IMG/VR virus record: IMGVR_UViG_3300025785_000009
Span: 1 to 64,000 of that record
Direction: 5' to 3' (one strand)
DNA length: 64,000 nucleotides
Origin: a virus
Positions within the stretch are counted from its first letter, which is position 1. The number at the start of each line of letters is the position of its first letter. The position numbers and the translations under genes are program-made. This document shows positions 37,381 through 47,935 of this stretch, piece after piece. Under the pieces are notes generated by a model. That model did not search any database. It saw only the letters and a program-made list of their open reading frames with translations, and had not been told where the DNA came from.

Positions 37381-37734
37381 ATGTTAAAACGCAATTTGTG
37401 CCCCATATGCAACGAAACCCTTGTTGCAGTTAACTATCGCAAGGATGGTGTCACTCACTATCGCAACAGTTGTGCGCCTTGCATACGAAAAGGTCGTAAA
37501 CTAAAGGCCGTTAGGCCACTGTGGGTCAAGTCTGGCTATAAGAAAAAAGAAAGATGCGAAGTTTGCAACTTTCGTGCCAAGCTACCTGTTAAACAATTAT
37601 TTGTTTATCACGTGGATGGCAATTTAAAAAATTGCAACTCGTTTAATTTAAAAACAGTTTGTGCCAACTGCCGTATTGAATTGCTCAGCAGTAATCTTCC
37701 GTGGAAACCTAGTCCGATTGTACCAGATTTTTAA
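37381..37734 (+). CDS. Zn-finger/HNH-like protein
   Basis: CPIC, CEVC, HVDGN...NLKTVCANC motifs. Confidence 0.75.
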   Translation: MLKRNLCPICNETLVAVNYRKDGVTHYRNSCAPCIRKGRKLKAVRPLWVKSGYKKKERCEVCNFRAKLPVKQLFVYHVDGNLKNCNSFNLKTVCANCRIELLSSNLPWKPSPIVPDF

Positions 37735-38335
37735 CTTGGTTATACAGTTCTTCAATGGTGCCGTTGTTGTCAATTACTGCATCAAACTTGGTACCAACCC
37801 AAGCAGTTTCACTGATGTGTATTCCCAGTTTACCAAGAATCTCACTGCTGGCATTGGGCTGTGGGTGCTGATTTGCGGCCTGTGCCACTCCGTACCATGT
37901 GGGTTCTTCACCACGTACCACTCTGATAACAATACCGCCAGCATTGCGAATACTGGCAATTTCGTTAGGGAAACGCACATCACTAATCACAGTATTGTCG
38001 CTACGACGGCTCAGTCGTGCCTCCAGTGCTGCGATCCAAATATCATCGTGAAACGCTCGACGGCACACTTCAGTTCCCCAGTGTTGCAGGACCCAACGCG
38101 GAGTTAGTGCAGGCATTGATAAACGGTTGGCCCACCATGGATCTACTTGTTCGCGCCAGGCACGTGCTTCGGGTGTACGTCCTTCCAACAGTTCTCTGTC
38201 CCACCCAAATACTGCAGCCACAGCATCTTTGAGTGTGCCAGCAAAGCTGTCGCGACGGTAACCGTGAAAGCCAACCAAGTAGTCAGCAATAGTATCTTTA
38301 CCCGAACCAATGAACCCACATACACCTATGATCAT
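37709..38335 (-). CDS. Deoxynucleoside monophosphate kinase (T4 gp1-like)
   Basis: GFIGSGKDT P-loop; LQHWGTEV and SDVRFPNE motifs. Confidence 0.92.
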   Translation of the reverse strand: MIIGVCGFIGSGKDTIADYLVGFHGYRRDSFAGTLKDAVAAVFGWDRELLEGRTPEARAWREQVDPWWANRLSMPALTPRWVLQHWGTEVCRRAFHDDIWIAALEARLSRRSDNTVISDVRFPNEIASIRNAGGIVIRVVRGEEPTWYGVAQAANQHPQPNASSEILGKLGIHISETAWVGTKFDAVIDNNGTIEELYNQVKNLVQSD

Positions 38336-38362
38336 AAAAAAGCCCTCAATATATAAGGGCTA
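38336..38362 (-). terminator. Intrinsic terminator after the neck gene
   Basis: AGCCCT/AGGGCT stem plus U tract. Confidence 0.6.
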
Positions 38363-38390
38363 TTTTTACATACTTTCAAGTGTTTGTCAA

Positions 38391-39347
38391 TTATCCTATT
38401 ACCCAAGTTAATGGTTGCGATCCATCCACATAGGTTTTGAGATCTTCTTCTAGTTTTTCCATTTCGGCCTGTGCTTCTTGTTTGAGTGCATCGCCGTTTA
38501 ACTGCCCGCCGCCTTGTGGGCCAGCAATTTGACTAAACTTGCTACGTGCTTCACCCAAGATGCGCTTGCAGAAACTGTAGGCATATTCTTGTATCCAAGG
38601 AAATGCGTAAGTGTCGTTAAAGATCATTTGATCTGGTTTGGTATTGAATATGTGTAGCAATACCGACTCCTGTTGATCCAACTGCGGGTTAGCACCTTGC
38701 CAAGGCATTTTGCGAACAATAGTCAGCTTCTTGGTAACTGGATTAAACGTAAAGTTCATAAAGCCACCAAACATTTTCATAGCCAGCTTTTGATAATCTA
38801 CAAACAATTCATAATTGGTCAAGCCGCCAACACGACCTGCAGTCAACATATATGTGTTCAAGTAACCCGAAGCAAACGGCTCAAATTGACTGGCAGTTGT
38901 TCCTGTGACTGATCCGATACCACGACGATAAATGGCCTTGACTGTTTGAATTTCTTTAGGCAAAATATACTCTTGTGTTTCAGGAAGAAGTTGTAGGCTA
39001 GCATAACTTTCTTCTGTGGAGTTTTGTGCTCGTTGACGATACTTGATTAGAGCTTGGTTAATGCCCATTTCATAGTGTTCTTTGTCTAGCTCAACGTCAA
39101 CAATACCGTCGCCTAGGCGCATACGGATATAATCAACAATGCTGGCTCGCATTGAATCGGTAGTGTTACCATACTGCCAGCTGGGGTCTGTTACACCAGG
39201 AAATGTTACATCAGGATTGCCATCAAATGCTATATGAGGCCCTGACTGCGACCCTGTGTTGGCATTGAACAGGCTTCTTGCTGTTATGTTGTTTTGTGCA
39301 TCGTACCCAGGTTCTGGGGTCACTGCATTAGGAAATGGTGTGGCCAT
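38391..39347 (-). CDS. Neck protein (T4 gp13-like)
   Basis: LGDGIVDVEL and GEARSKFSQIAGPQGG..LNG motifs. Confidence 0.85.
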   Translation of the reverse strand: MATPFPNAVTPEPGYDAQNNITARSLFNANTGSQSGPHIAFDGNPDVTFPGVTDPSWQYGNTTDSMRASIVDYIRMRLGDGIVDVELDKEHYEMGINQALIKYRQRAQNSTEESYASLQLLPETQEYILPKEIQTVKAIYRRGIGSVTGTTASQFEPFASGYLNTYMLTAGRVGGLTNYELFVDYQKLAMKMFGGFMNFTFNPVTKKLTIVRKMPWQGANPQLDQQESVLLHIFNTKPDQMIFNDTYAFPWIQEYAYSFCKRILGEARSKFSQIAGPQGGGQLNGDALKQEAQAEMEKLEEDLKTYVDGSQPLTWVIG

Positions 39348-39373
39348 CGATTACTCCGTCTATACAGTATTTA

Positions 39374-40546
39374 TTACTGTACACGGAGTAATAGGGTATC
39401 TTGATTGATGCGACCGTTGAGTCTGGTTTCAGTTGCTTTGATATCTTCCAAGAATTTGCGTAGCTGTATCTTAGTAGCCTTGGCAAACTCCTTGAGTTTT
39501 TCTTCAGGTTTGCGGAGGGTTTTTGACGTGCTTTTGTGCTCATCGTAGCCGATAATCGTGGTTCCTTTGACATTTAAGGGTCCTTTTAAACTGTCAGCTA
39601 CATACTTGCCCAGTTTGCGTGTTTTGCTGTTGTAAACCCATAGTTCTTGAGCACCAACAATGTCTGCGGGATTGACACTGATCAAACGTAGCACTTTGTC
39701 TTCTTTGGCATATTTGAGTTTGGACACTACTTTTTCTTTGCTGACCGACTTTGGAGCACGAACTTTCTTGGTTGCTTTTTTAACTCCGCGATACTGAATA
39801 ATGTCGTTTAAAATTTGATCCAGGAAAGTGAACACACGTTTGAAGTCTGCAGATTTCATATGACTGTAGCCTTCGACCAATTGCTCGTCTTGTTTTTCGT
39901 AGGCGGCACGGAGTTCATTGAACCGCTTTTGGTACACTTCTTCGTATTTGGTCAGCTGGCTCTGGGGAACATTGTTAGCCACAAGAAAATCATAAGGCTT
40001 AAACTGGTACTTAGGGTTACTAATAAACTCATCGTAGTGACCTTCAAGTTCGCCAATGGTGTCTGCTGTTTTTTCATTTAGTCTATCCTGGATAGTGGGC
40101 ACGTATGCCTTGGGTTTTTCTTCTGTTGCTACTTCTTCCACTTCGTCGGCTGTGCTGTTGATGGCTTTGACAATAGCTGACTTGAGATATTCCAATGATC
40201 TAGGTTTGAATGGCATTCCTTGACGATGTGCCATAACAAGACTGCAAGCTGTCATTTCGATTGCACGATCCGGGCTACGGCTAAATGTTTTGACGTCTGC
40301 GGCAGTAAACCCGTTTTTGGGATCTTTCATCCACTCCACCACATACTTTTTACAGTCTTTTTGGTTGTAAAAATAATTGTAGTAATAAAATGCACGACGC
40401 AGGTGATGATCAAAAGTGGCATCATCAAAAGTCAAGGCTCGTTCAGTGTCCCACACCGGTTCTTCACCTGTGTATTTTTCATCCACCATCAGGGGATTTC
40501 GTTGAACTTTGGCTTTGGTTCTGACTGTTTTACCGTTGAGTTTCAC
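39374..40546 (-). CDS. Hypothetical protein
   Basis: 390-aa ORF with SD AAGGAG and its own sigma70 promoter. Confidence 0.75.
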   Translation of the reverse strand: MKLNGKTVRTKAKVQRNPLMVDEKYTGEEPVWDTERALTFDDATFDHHLRRAFYYYNYFYNQKDCKKYVVEWMKDPKNGFTAADVKTFSRSPDRAIEMTACSLVMAHRQGMPFKPRSLEYLKSAIVKAINSTADEVEEVATEEKPKAYVPTIQDRLNEKTADTIGELEGHYDEFISNPKYQFKPYDFLVANNVPQSQLTKYEEVYQKRFNELRAAYEKQDEQLVEGYSHMKSADFKRVFTFLDQILNDIIQYRGVKKATKKVRAPKSVSKEKVVSKLKYAKEDKVLRLISVNPADIVGAQELWVYNSKTRKLGKYVADSLKGPLNVKGTTIIGYDEHKSTSKTLRKPEEKLKEFAKATKIQLRKFLEDIKATETRLNGRINQDTLLLRVQ

Positions 40547-40573
40547 TGTGCCTGCTCCTTATTCGTATAGCCT

Positions 40574-40602
40574 AGTATAGCATTTTGGTAATATTTAGTC
40601 AA
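40574..40602 (-). promoter_or_regulatory. Sigma70-type early promoter
   Basis: TTGACT-17-TATACT with extended TGc. Confidence 0.75.
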
Positions 40603-40856
40603 CCGCACAGATGCCCCCAACTAATGTAGCCTTCCAATGTTAGTAAACACTGACTTAGCTCAGTTTCTAATTCTGCATACTTTGGTGTTACTTTGTGCAA
40701 TCGCTTGCAGTTAATTAGCTCAATATCCAATTGATCCCATAAATTTCTAGTGGCACGCCACATACGTCTTAGATCTTCGCGTTGATCTGGGCGCACCTGT
40801 ATTATGGCAAAAAATGCCTGATCTATACGATGTTTGTAGTCAGAATTGTGCTCCAT
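40599..40856 (-). CDS. Hypothetical protein
   Basis: 85-aa ORF, leaderless from the upstream promoter. Confidence 0.65.
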   Translation of the reverse strand: MEHNSDYKHRIDQAFFAIIQVRPDQREDLRRMWRATRNLWDQLDIELINCKRLHKVTPKYAELETELSQCLLTLEGYISWGHLCG

Positions 40857-40862
40857 AGTGCT

Positions 40863-40892
40863 AGTATAGCATTTTGACCATTGTTGGTCAAA
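40863..40892 (-). promoter_or_regulatory. Sigma70-type early promoter overlapping a palindrome
   Basis: TTGACC-17-TATACT; TTTGACCA-N4-TGGTCAAA inverted repeat. Confidence 0.7.
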
Positions 40893-40916
40893 CCCATAAA
40901 TACTACAATATAGGGA

Positions 40917-42092
40917 TTGACTATGCCGCGTTTAAGTCTTTGGAAAGACGGCCAACATTCAAATGATTACAAGTTTATAGATCGCCGGATCAGCGAAATG
41001 TTTACCATTGGCGGTACTGGAATTTTGGTAAACAAGTATCTAGGGCCAATCGAACAAACCGGTAGTACTGATGCTACCAAACCCGATTACCTAAATCAAA
41101 GTGAACAAAATATTCAAGACTTGCTGTGGTTAGAAAACCGTGATCGCAAGTACGATCAGGATGTTTACAAAATGCGTGGTATCTACCAACGCGGTGACCA
41201 AGACTTTGATCTAAGTCAATTTGGCTTGTTCTTGCAAACTGGTACCATCTTTATGGTTTTCCATTTGCGTGATATGGTTGATATGCTAGGGCGCAAATTG
41301 ATTGCCGGTGACGTGCTAGAGCTACAACATTTGAAAGATTACGATGCACTGGATCAAGATGTGCCGGCTGCATTAAAGAGATATTATGTGGTAGGTGACG
41401 CATCATTTGCCGCTGAAGGTTTTAGCCCAACTTGGTGGCCACACCTGTGGCGTGTCAAACTTAATCCCTTAGTAGACAGTCAAGAGTACAAAGATATACT
41501 TGACCGAATCAAAGCTGGCCCGGGCACAGACACACCGGTTGGTCAAATTTTAAGCACTTACGACAAATACCTAAATATCAACGAGGCCATTGTAACTCAG
41601 GCCGAAGTCGATGTTCCCAAATCTGGTTACGATACCAGTACACTTTATACCACGCCATTTAACAACGACGGTTCACCAGCTGGAATTCCAATTGCAGCCG
41701 ACAGTACTGTTATCACAGCTGACAATTCGGTAGTTAACTCAGATCAGGGATCTCCTACTCCCAATTATAAAATTGAAGGTTACTTGTCCGGTGATGGGCT
41801 GGCTCCCAATGGTGTACCTACTGGTGCAGGCATTGCGTTCCCAGCACATCCAAACGAAGGAGACTATTTCCTACGCCTAGACTACTTGCCAAATCGTTTG
41901 TTCCGTTTCAACGGCCGAAGCTGGACCAAGATCGAAGACAAGGTTAGAACCAATATCACTCCGAGCGAAGATTCTAGCACACAGCGTATGACCTATGTAA
42001 ATAACACTAATACCTACACTGACTCTCAAGGTGTGTCACATACCGAAAGACAAGCATTGAGTCAGGTACTAAAACCCAAGGCAGATAATTAA
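40917..42092 (+). CDS. Neck protein (T4 gp14-like)
   Basis: DLSQFGLF and GDVLEL motifs; position before gp15. Confidence 0.75.
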   Translation: MTMPRLSLWKDGQHSNDYKFIDRRISEMFTIGGTGILVNKYLGPIEQTGSTDATKPDYLNQSEQNIQDLLWLENRDRKYDQDVYKMRGIYQRGDQDFDLSQFGLFLQTGTIFMVFHLRDMVDMLGRKLIAGDVLELQHLKDYDALDQDVPAALKRYYVVGDASFAAEGFSPTWWPHLWRVKLNPLVDSQEYKDILDRIKAGPGTDTPVGQILSTYDKYLNINEAIVTQAEVDVPKSGYDTSTLYTTPFNNDGSPAGIPIAADSTVITADNSVVNSDQGSPTPNYKIEGYLSGDGLAPNGVPTGAGIAFPAHPNEGDYFLRLDYLPNRLFRFNGRSWTKIEDKVRTNITPSEDSSTQRMTYVNNTNTYTDSQGVSHTERQALSQVLKPKADN

Positions 42093-43471
42093 TGGCTGTA
42101 CAATTCAGTTACGACGGACAGATACGTCGATTCGTGATTCAATTTATTAGAATGGTTTCTGGATTCCAAGTTGAATTTGGTAAAAATTCCGACGGTAATC
42201 ATACACTACAAACTGTTCCAGTCTACTACGGCGATGTCAGCAGACAGGCTGCAATGATCCTGCGTGGCAACAGCGAAAACAGTTTGAATTCGGTACCGGC
42301 AATGGCCTGTTATATTTCTGCATTGCAATACGATCGCGACCGTGTACAAAATCCTTATCACGAAGGATCCATACGTGTCAATGAAAGAGTTTACAACGAA
42401 GACACTGAATCGTACGAAGCCAGTTCTGATGGCCTGTATACTGTAGATCGTATGATGCCAGCACCATACAAGCTGACTATGAAGCTGGACATATGGACAT
42501 CAAACACCGAACAAAAACATCAAATACTTGAACAAATTATTCCCTTGTTCAATCCTGGCATAGAAATACAAAGCAACGATAACTTCATTGACTGGACCAG
42601 TTTGAGTGTTGTGCTGTTGACCAACACCGACTATACCAATAGATCAATTCCGTCTGGCGCAGATGAATCCATTGATGTTGCTACCTTGACATTTGAAATG
42701 CCTATCTGGATCAGCTTGCCGGCCAAAGTTAAAAAAGGCGGAGTTGTATCACAGATTGTTGCCAGCATATACAGCGAAGAAGGTACCTTGAGCGAAGAAG
42801 TGTTAACCAACTTACAAGGGCTAGTGGCACGTCAGCAATTTACACCAATGAATTATGAAGTGCTGTTTGTTGGCAATTCATTGACTTTGTACAAGTATGG
42901 AGTAACTGAAAGCGATGGTACTGTTTACGGACAAACTGTCAAATGGAATAGTTTGACTGGTTTATACGGTCGGTTAACCAACGGTATCAGTCAACTCAGA
43001 TTAACATTTGATAGTCCTACTGGTCTACACCAAATAGTTGGTACTGTTGCATACAACCCCACAGATGATACACAATTATTGTTTACACCCGATCCAGCAA
43101 CATTGCCGGCCAATACCCTGGCGCCGGTAGATGCTATTATTGATCCAATGACAGTTAATGTAGAACAGATGCATTTGCTGAGCCCTACCGCTGGTACTAG
43201 ATACTTGATCTTAAATCCCATCGGCGAAGCCAACACTGAGCCGGCCGTTGCGTGGCGCGGAACTCCGGGCACAAACTTGATAGCTCGAGCCAATGACATT
43301 ATTGAATGGAATGGCAACTACTGGCAAGTGGCATTTGACAGTCAAAACAATCCTGGTGTGCAGTATGTGGCCAATTTAAAAACCACAATACAATACTGCT
43401 GGACTGGCTCTGCTTGGGTCAAAAGTTACGAAGGTTTTTACCGATCCGGTATGTGGAGTTTGGTACCATAA
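42092..43471 (+). CDS. Tail sheath stabiliser/terminator (T4 gp15-like)
   Basis: YDGQIRRF, VPVYYG, MPAPY and QILEQIIPLFNP motifs. Confidence 0.85.
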   Translation: MAVQFSYDGQIRRFVIQFIRMVSGFQVEFGKNSDGNHTLQTVPVYYGDVSRQAAMILRGNSENSLNSVPAMACYISALQYDRDRVQNPYHEGSIRVNERVYNEDTESYEASSDGLYTVDRMMPAPYKLTMKLDIWTSNTEQKHQILEQIIPLFNPGIEIQSNDNFIDWTSLSVVLLTNTDYTNRSIPSGADESIDVATLTFEMPIWISLPAKVKKGGVVSQIVASIYSEEGTLSEEVLTNLQGLVARQQFTPMNYEVLFVGNSLTLYKYGVTESDGTVYGQTVKWNSLTGLYGRLTNGISQLRLTFDSPTGLHQIVGTVAYNPTDDTQLLFTPDPATLPANTLAPVDAIIDPMTVNVEQMHLLSPTAGTRYLILNPIGEANTEPAVAWRGTPGTNLIARANDIIEWNGNYWQVAFDSQNNPGVQYVANLKTTIQYCWTGSAWVKSYEGFYRSGMWSLVP

Positions 43472-43899
43472 TGAAAGAATGCTCCGAAGGCGTAGGTGCG
43501 TTAATCTACGCAAAAAATACTCATCGTTACTTGTTCTTGTTGAGAAACAAAAGTCGTCACGCAGGCAGTTGGGGTATAGCTGGTGGAAAAATTGAACCCA
43601 ACGAAACTGTTATACACGCACTGGTAAGAGAAATACGCGAAGAAATAGGTCAGGATTATACCAACCGTAAATTTATTCCATTGGAAACATTCACTGCCGA
43701 CAATCAAAAATTTGTATACTACACATTCTTGGTAACTGTTGAGGAGGAGTTTGTTCCTGTATTAAACAACGAACACAGGGGTTACTGCTGGGTCAATCTG
43801 GATGATCACCCAACCCCGTTACATCCGGGGCTCTGGCGTAGTTTCAGTTTTAATATTGTTAAAAAGAAAATTAAAACGCTAGAATCAATATTGAATTAA
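43471..43899 (+). CDS. NUDIX hydrolase
   Basis: GGKIEPNETVIHALVREIREEIG Nudix box. Confidence 0.92.
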   Translation: MKECSEGVGALIYAKNTHRYLFLLRNKSRHAGSWGIAGGKIEPNETVIHALVREIREEIGQDYTNRKFIPLETFTADNQKFVYYTFLVTVEEEFVPVLNNEHRGYCWVNLDDHPTPLHPGLWRSFSFNIVKKKIKTLESILN

Positions 43900-44651
43900 C
43901 CAATATCAGCTTCAAAAACAAAATCTCTAAAACTGATCTGTCTAAAATTCAATTGAGCTTGCCAACTATCGGGACAAAAAGTTTGAACAGTTGGTGTGAT
44001 GCGAACAAATTCAACCGACAAATAAGTTTTCATAACATTGAGTAAACTCAATTCAAAAAATGCGCCATTGAATATTTCATCTGTTGGATAACATTTTGTT
44101 CCAGCGTACACACTTGATGACTTCTGATCGTGTACATAGTTGTCATAACCCAACAAAAATACTTTTTTATGTCCATCAAAACAGGCCAAATAGGCAGCCA
44201 ATGCACCACTGTCGTAGTGTATGTTTTGTGGTACTAGATAAAATTTACCAGGATATTGTGTGATTCCAAAAGTGTTGGTGTATACAATATGGTTGTCTGC
44301 ATAACCGCTGTCGGCAATTTCTTTAATGATGTCGTTTTCGTCGCCAGTGTCGGGACCAACTGCTACTAAAAAGTCTGGAGCGAAATCTCTGTATAGTGCA
44401 TTGCAACCGTAAGTTTGCAATTTGTTTTCGCCCAACAATCCACCTTTGTGGTTGGCCAAATGTGTTAAATCAAATGCCAAACGACTTTCACCGTTACCAA
44501 TGGCCACAGCTTGATTTGTAGTATGTGTTGCAAACACACTATTTGGTACATATTCAGTTTCAGTTTCCCAGTCGCCGTCGCGAAGAGTCAATTGAGAAAC
44601 AATGTGTTCTCCACCATATGTAGCACGATAAATTTCTTTTAGCATTTGCAT
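43896..44651 (-). CDS. Hypothetical protein (Rossmann-like, possible glycosyltransferase-related)
   Basis: AIGNGESR, YGCNALYRD and VFLLGYD motifs. Confidence 0.55.
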   Translation of the reverse strand: MQMLKEIYRATYGGEHIVSQLTLRDGDWETETEYVPNSVFATHTTNQAVAIGNGESRLAFDLTHLANHKGGLLGENKLQTYGCNALYRDFAPDFLVAVGPDTGDENDIIKEIADSGYADNHIVYTNTFGITQYPGKFYLVPQNIHYDSGALAAYLACFDGHKKVFLLGYDNYVHDQKSSSVYAGTKCYPTDEIFNGAFFELSLLNVMKTYLSVEFVRITPTVQTFCPDSWQAQLNFRQISFRDFVFEADIG

Positions 44652-44691
44652 TTTAACAATCCTTGGGTTTCTTATATTGTATTTATGGAGT

Positions 44692-45822
44692 TTAGACTGG
44701 AATCAGTGTTCTAGCCAGTTTTACTGTGTTATTTGCACTCACTCCTGTACCCCATAAAGTAACGTTGCCGGCTACTAGGTTGGAACTAAATGACATTTTG
44801 GCATTGCCACTGGAAACTAACAATCCGTAGCTGGTGATAGTTGAGTTGGTGCCGTCTTGCATCAGCAATATTTCTGACGTTTGATATGCGGTATTGGTCA
44901 CATCAGTAACTGATATCACATATTTGGCACTACGATAAGCTGTGCTGCTAAATGAGTCAATGGCCACCGGGCTGGTTCCTATGCTGGTAGTAGTACTTGA
45001 GCTGTTGAGAATTGGTACTACACCGTATGTTAAATTCCCGTAGGCTCGAGTTGCACCAGTGTTGTCAATTGATACGCTTGTGGTTGCGCTGGCGCCAGTT
45101 GTGCCAATAGTGAATGTTGATCCGTTTACTGTAAAAGGTGCATAACTACTACCGGCAGTATTAAGACTAGTAATATTATTTTGTCCAGCTGTACTTCCTA
45201 CTGTAAAAGCCCACTGGTCGCCAGAACCGGAACCTTTCATAGTTAGTGCATATTGATTACCAGTTCCAGTTTGTGATACTGTAAGTGCATTTGCTGTTAA
45301 TGCACCGTTATACGTTGGTAAGTAGGCAGCCACCTGTGTATTACCATACGTGTTGGTCACAGTTGATAAAATGTTTACGCCATTGGCAAAATTGTATTGT
45401 GGTGCTGTCACGTTGGCTGTAACTGTCAACGCATTAGTAATTGTGCCACCGTTGAAAGCAGCCGTGGTCCAGGCCATACCCGATCCGGTAGACACAATGT
45501 ACTGTCCTGCTAGCCCTAGGTTTCCATTGATAGCAATGGTACCGTTGATCAACAGTACGTTGCCTACTGTTAGGTTGGCATAACTGCTGGGTGCAATATT
45601 ACTGTTTGTTGAACCGGTGTTTGAGGTAAATGCGGTGACAAAACTTTGATTGGTTTCTGACCAATACAACGAAACATTTGAAACTAGTCCGTTGGCACGA
45701 TTAAATAAAAATCCCACATCAACGTTGGCACTAGATGCACCTTGGTGAAGGACCGTAATTGGGTCCATAAAATATTCGATATTAGTATCAATATCCCAAA
45801 TTTTTGGTCTAGTTAATGCCAT
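44692..45822 (-). CDS. Virion fibre/structural protein
   Basis: Thr/Gly/Ser-rich; C-terminal YRSAKY module shared with 47936..54064. Confidence 0.75.
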   Translation of the reverse strand: MALTRPKIWDIDTNIEYFMDPITVLHQGASSANVDVGFLFNRANGLVSNVSLYWSETNQSFVTAFTSNTGSTNSNIAPSSYANLTVGNVLLINGTIAINGNLGLAGQYIVSTGSGMAWTTAAFNGGTITNALTVTANVTAPQYNFANGVNILSTVTNTYGNTQVAAYLPTYNGALTANALTVSQTGTGNQYALTMKGSGSGDQWAFTVGSTAGQNNITSLNTAGSSYAPFTVNGSTFTIGTTGASATTSVSIDNTGATRAYGNLTYGVVPILNSSSTTTSIGTSPVAIDSFSSTAYRSAKYVISVTDVTNTAYQTSEILLMQDGTNSTITSYGLLVSSGNAKMSFSSNLVAGNVTLWGTGVSANNTVKLARTLIPV

Positions 45823-45860
45823 CAGTTAAATTCCGTGTTATTGTATATTTATCGCCAAAC

Positions 45861-45886
45861 AAAAAAGGCGCCTAAGCGCCCTTTTT
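45861..45886 (-). terminator. Intrinsic terminator
   Basis: GGCG/CGCC stem flanked by A and T tracts. Confidence 0.75.
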
Positions 45887-45905
45887 GACAATACTGATAA
45901 TAGTA

Positions 45906-47858
45906 TTAGATACGACCAACAACTACTTCGATAACAGCCTTGCTGTTACCTGGGAAGTCGTACAATGCTTTACCAATCACTTGACCCATTTGTGGGTTAG
46001 CACTGGACTTGGCATAACCGTATCCTGCTGAAACTAGCATATCGCCTTTCTTGACAGGACCAATAACCATACAAGGAACACGACCTTGTAATGCTACAGG
46101 AACTACGTTGGCACCGTTTAGGCCACCGTTCATCAAGTGAGCTGGGTTAGTAGATACTACACCTGCCACTGCACGTGTATCTGCATCGGCTACTGTAACT
46201 TCTTGATCGCCGCCAAACATAACTACTGTACCAGGAGCATACGCTTTGTCGCCTTGGTAGTTTTCTGCCAAGTCAGCGTATTGTGCTGTTGTTGCTGTAG
46301 CACTAACTGTACCAGCACTGAAGTTGCCCGAACCATCACGTGCAACGATTGTGCCAGCTGTGTTGCTGCTTGTTGCATCTGAACCTAGCGTAATACTACC
46401 AGTTGATGCACTTGCAGTAATGTGACCACCGCTGCTTAAACTTGTGACACCGCTGTTGGTAATTGTTACAGTACCACCTAAACTTGTAGTACCACCAGAA
46501 ATGCTAATACCTGTACCAGCACTATGAGTAATTGTGCTGTACTGTAATTTGGCATTTGTCACTGCGCCGGATGCGATTGTCAATGCTGTTGAACCACCAG
46601 TACTACCTGTACCAGTCACATCACCAGTAAATGTCAATGCTCCAGAAATGCTAGCAGTTGATACTGCGGTTACAAGACCTTTTGCGTTAACTGTGATAAC
46701 CGGAATCGTTGTTGCATTACCAAATGAACCTACGTTGCTGTTAACTGTGGCAAGTGTTACAGCTTGACTGTAGTTTGCACTACCATCAAATGAACCGCTT
46801 GCAGTTGCATCGCCTGTCAACGCAATAGTTCTAGCTGTAGCCAATTTGGTTGCTGTACCAGCGTTACCACTTACTGAACCAGTAATGGTATTGGTTACTG
46901 TCAAGTTGGCCAATGTACCAACGCTTGTCAAGCTGCTGTTGACAATAGTGCTTGCTAGTGTTGTACCAGTCAATGTGCTGGCACTTGGAGTAGCTGCTGA
47001 AATAGCACTTGATACATAACTTTGTGTAGCAATGTTACCGTATGTGGTATTGTCGCTACTGATTTGCCAGGCTTGAACTGATTCAGTCCATTTTAATACT
47101 GCGTTGTTGCTTGTACCACGGTTGATACGGATACCAGCATCTAGAGTTGGAGTACCTGTTACACCGTTGTTTAAAACAGCATATTGATCGCTTACCAACA
47201 AGTTTGTTGTGTTGATAGTTTCTGTTACACCGTTAACTGTCAAGTTACCAGTAATAATTGTATCTGTGTTGATAGCAACTTTACCAGTACCTTGTGCAGT
47301 GATGGTAAAGTTTGTGTTGGCCGAGTGTGATGTGATCGAGTCAACACCAATTTGGTTAGCAAATTGAATTGCGTTGCCATCGCTACTTGTGATGTTGTAG
47401 CCGGCAGCCATTTGCAATGGGCTCTTGATTTGAATGTAGCCAGCGCCTGCTGCACCACCGTCCAGTTGTAAAATACCGCCGCCGTTTGTGGCAACGCTAA
47501 TGTTCTGACCAGCTGACGCTGTCATGTTAATTGTTGGTGTACCTGTTGTAGACGCACCCAATACTGGTGTACCGTTAATGTACAATGTGCCTGGACCAAC
47601 GTATACTGAGTGGAATTGTTTTTGTAAACTACCCAAGTCGTATGTTAAGTTAGCACTTGGGATAATATTACCAGTTAAGATAATAGTACCGTTGTTACCA
47701 GCAACAATAGTGTTAGCTGTTAATGTACCAATTGTTTCAGATGTAGAAGTAACAACAGCGTTGATGTTACCTGTTGTGGTGATGCTACCTGTTGCAGCAT
47801 CGATTGTTAATGGTCCAATTGTTAGACCATTTTGTACTACGAAATTTCCGTTTGCCAT
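45906..47858 (-). CDS. Tail fibre protein with C-terminal intramolecular chaperone (autocleavage) domain
   Basis: YADLAENY...VALQGRVPC...IGKAL C-terminus; ATKLATARTI repeat. Confidence 0.8.
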   Translation of the reverse strand: MANGNFVVQNGLTIGPLTIDAATGSITTTGNINAVVTSTSETIGTLTANTIVAGNNGTIILTGNIIPSANLTYDLGSLQKQFHSVYVGPGTLYINGTPVLGASTTGTPTINMTASAGQNISVATNGGGILQLDGGAAGAGYIQIKSPLQMAAGYNITSSDGNAIQFANQIGVDSITSHSANTNFTITAQGTGKVAINTDTIITGNLTVNGVTETINTTNLLVSDQYAVLNNGVTGTPTLDAGIRINRGTSNNAVLKWTESVQAWQISSDNTTYGNIATQSYVSSAISAATPSASTLTGTTLASTIVNSSLTSVGTLANLTVTNTITGSVSGNAGTATKLATARTIALTGDATASGSFDGSANYSQAVTLATVNSNVGSFGNATTIPVITVNAKGLVTAVSTASISGALTFTGDVTGTGSTGGSTALTIASGAVTNAKLQYSTITHSAGTGISISGGTTSLGGTVTITNSGVTSLSSGGHITASASTGSITLGSDATSSNTAGTIVARDGSGNFSAGTVSATATTAQYADLAENYQGDKAYAPGTVVMFGGDQEVTVADADTRAVAGVVSTNPAHLMNGGLNGANVVPVALQGRVPCMVIGPVKKGDMLVSAGYGYAKSSANPQMGQVIGKALYDFPGNSKAVIEVVVGRI

Positions 47859-47935
47859 TTTGTTTTCCCCGGTTCCATATTCCCCGATAAGGTTATTAAG
47901 TTAGGCGAGCCTGTCCCGCCTAACCTATCTTGCAA

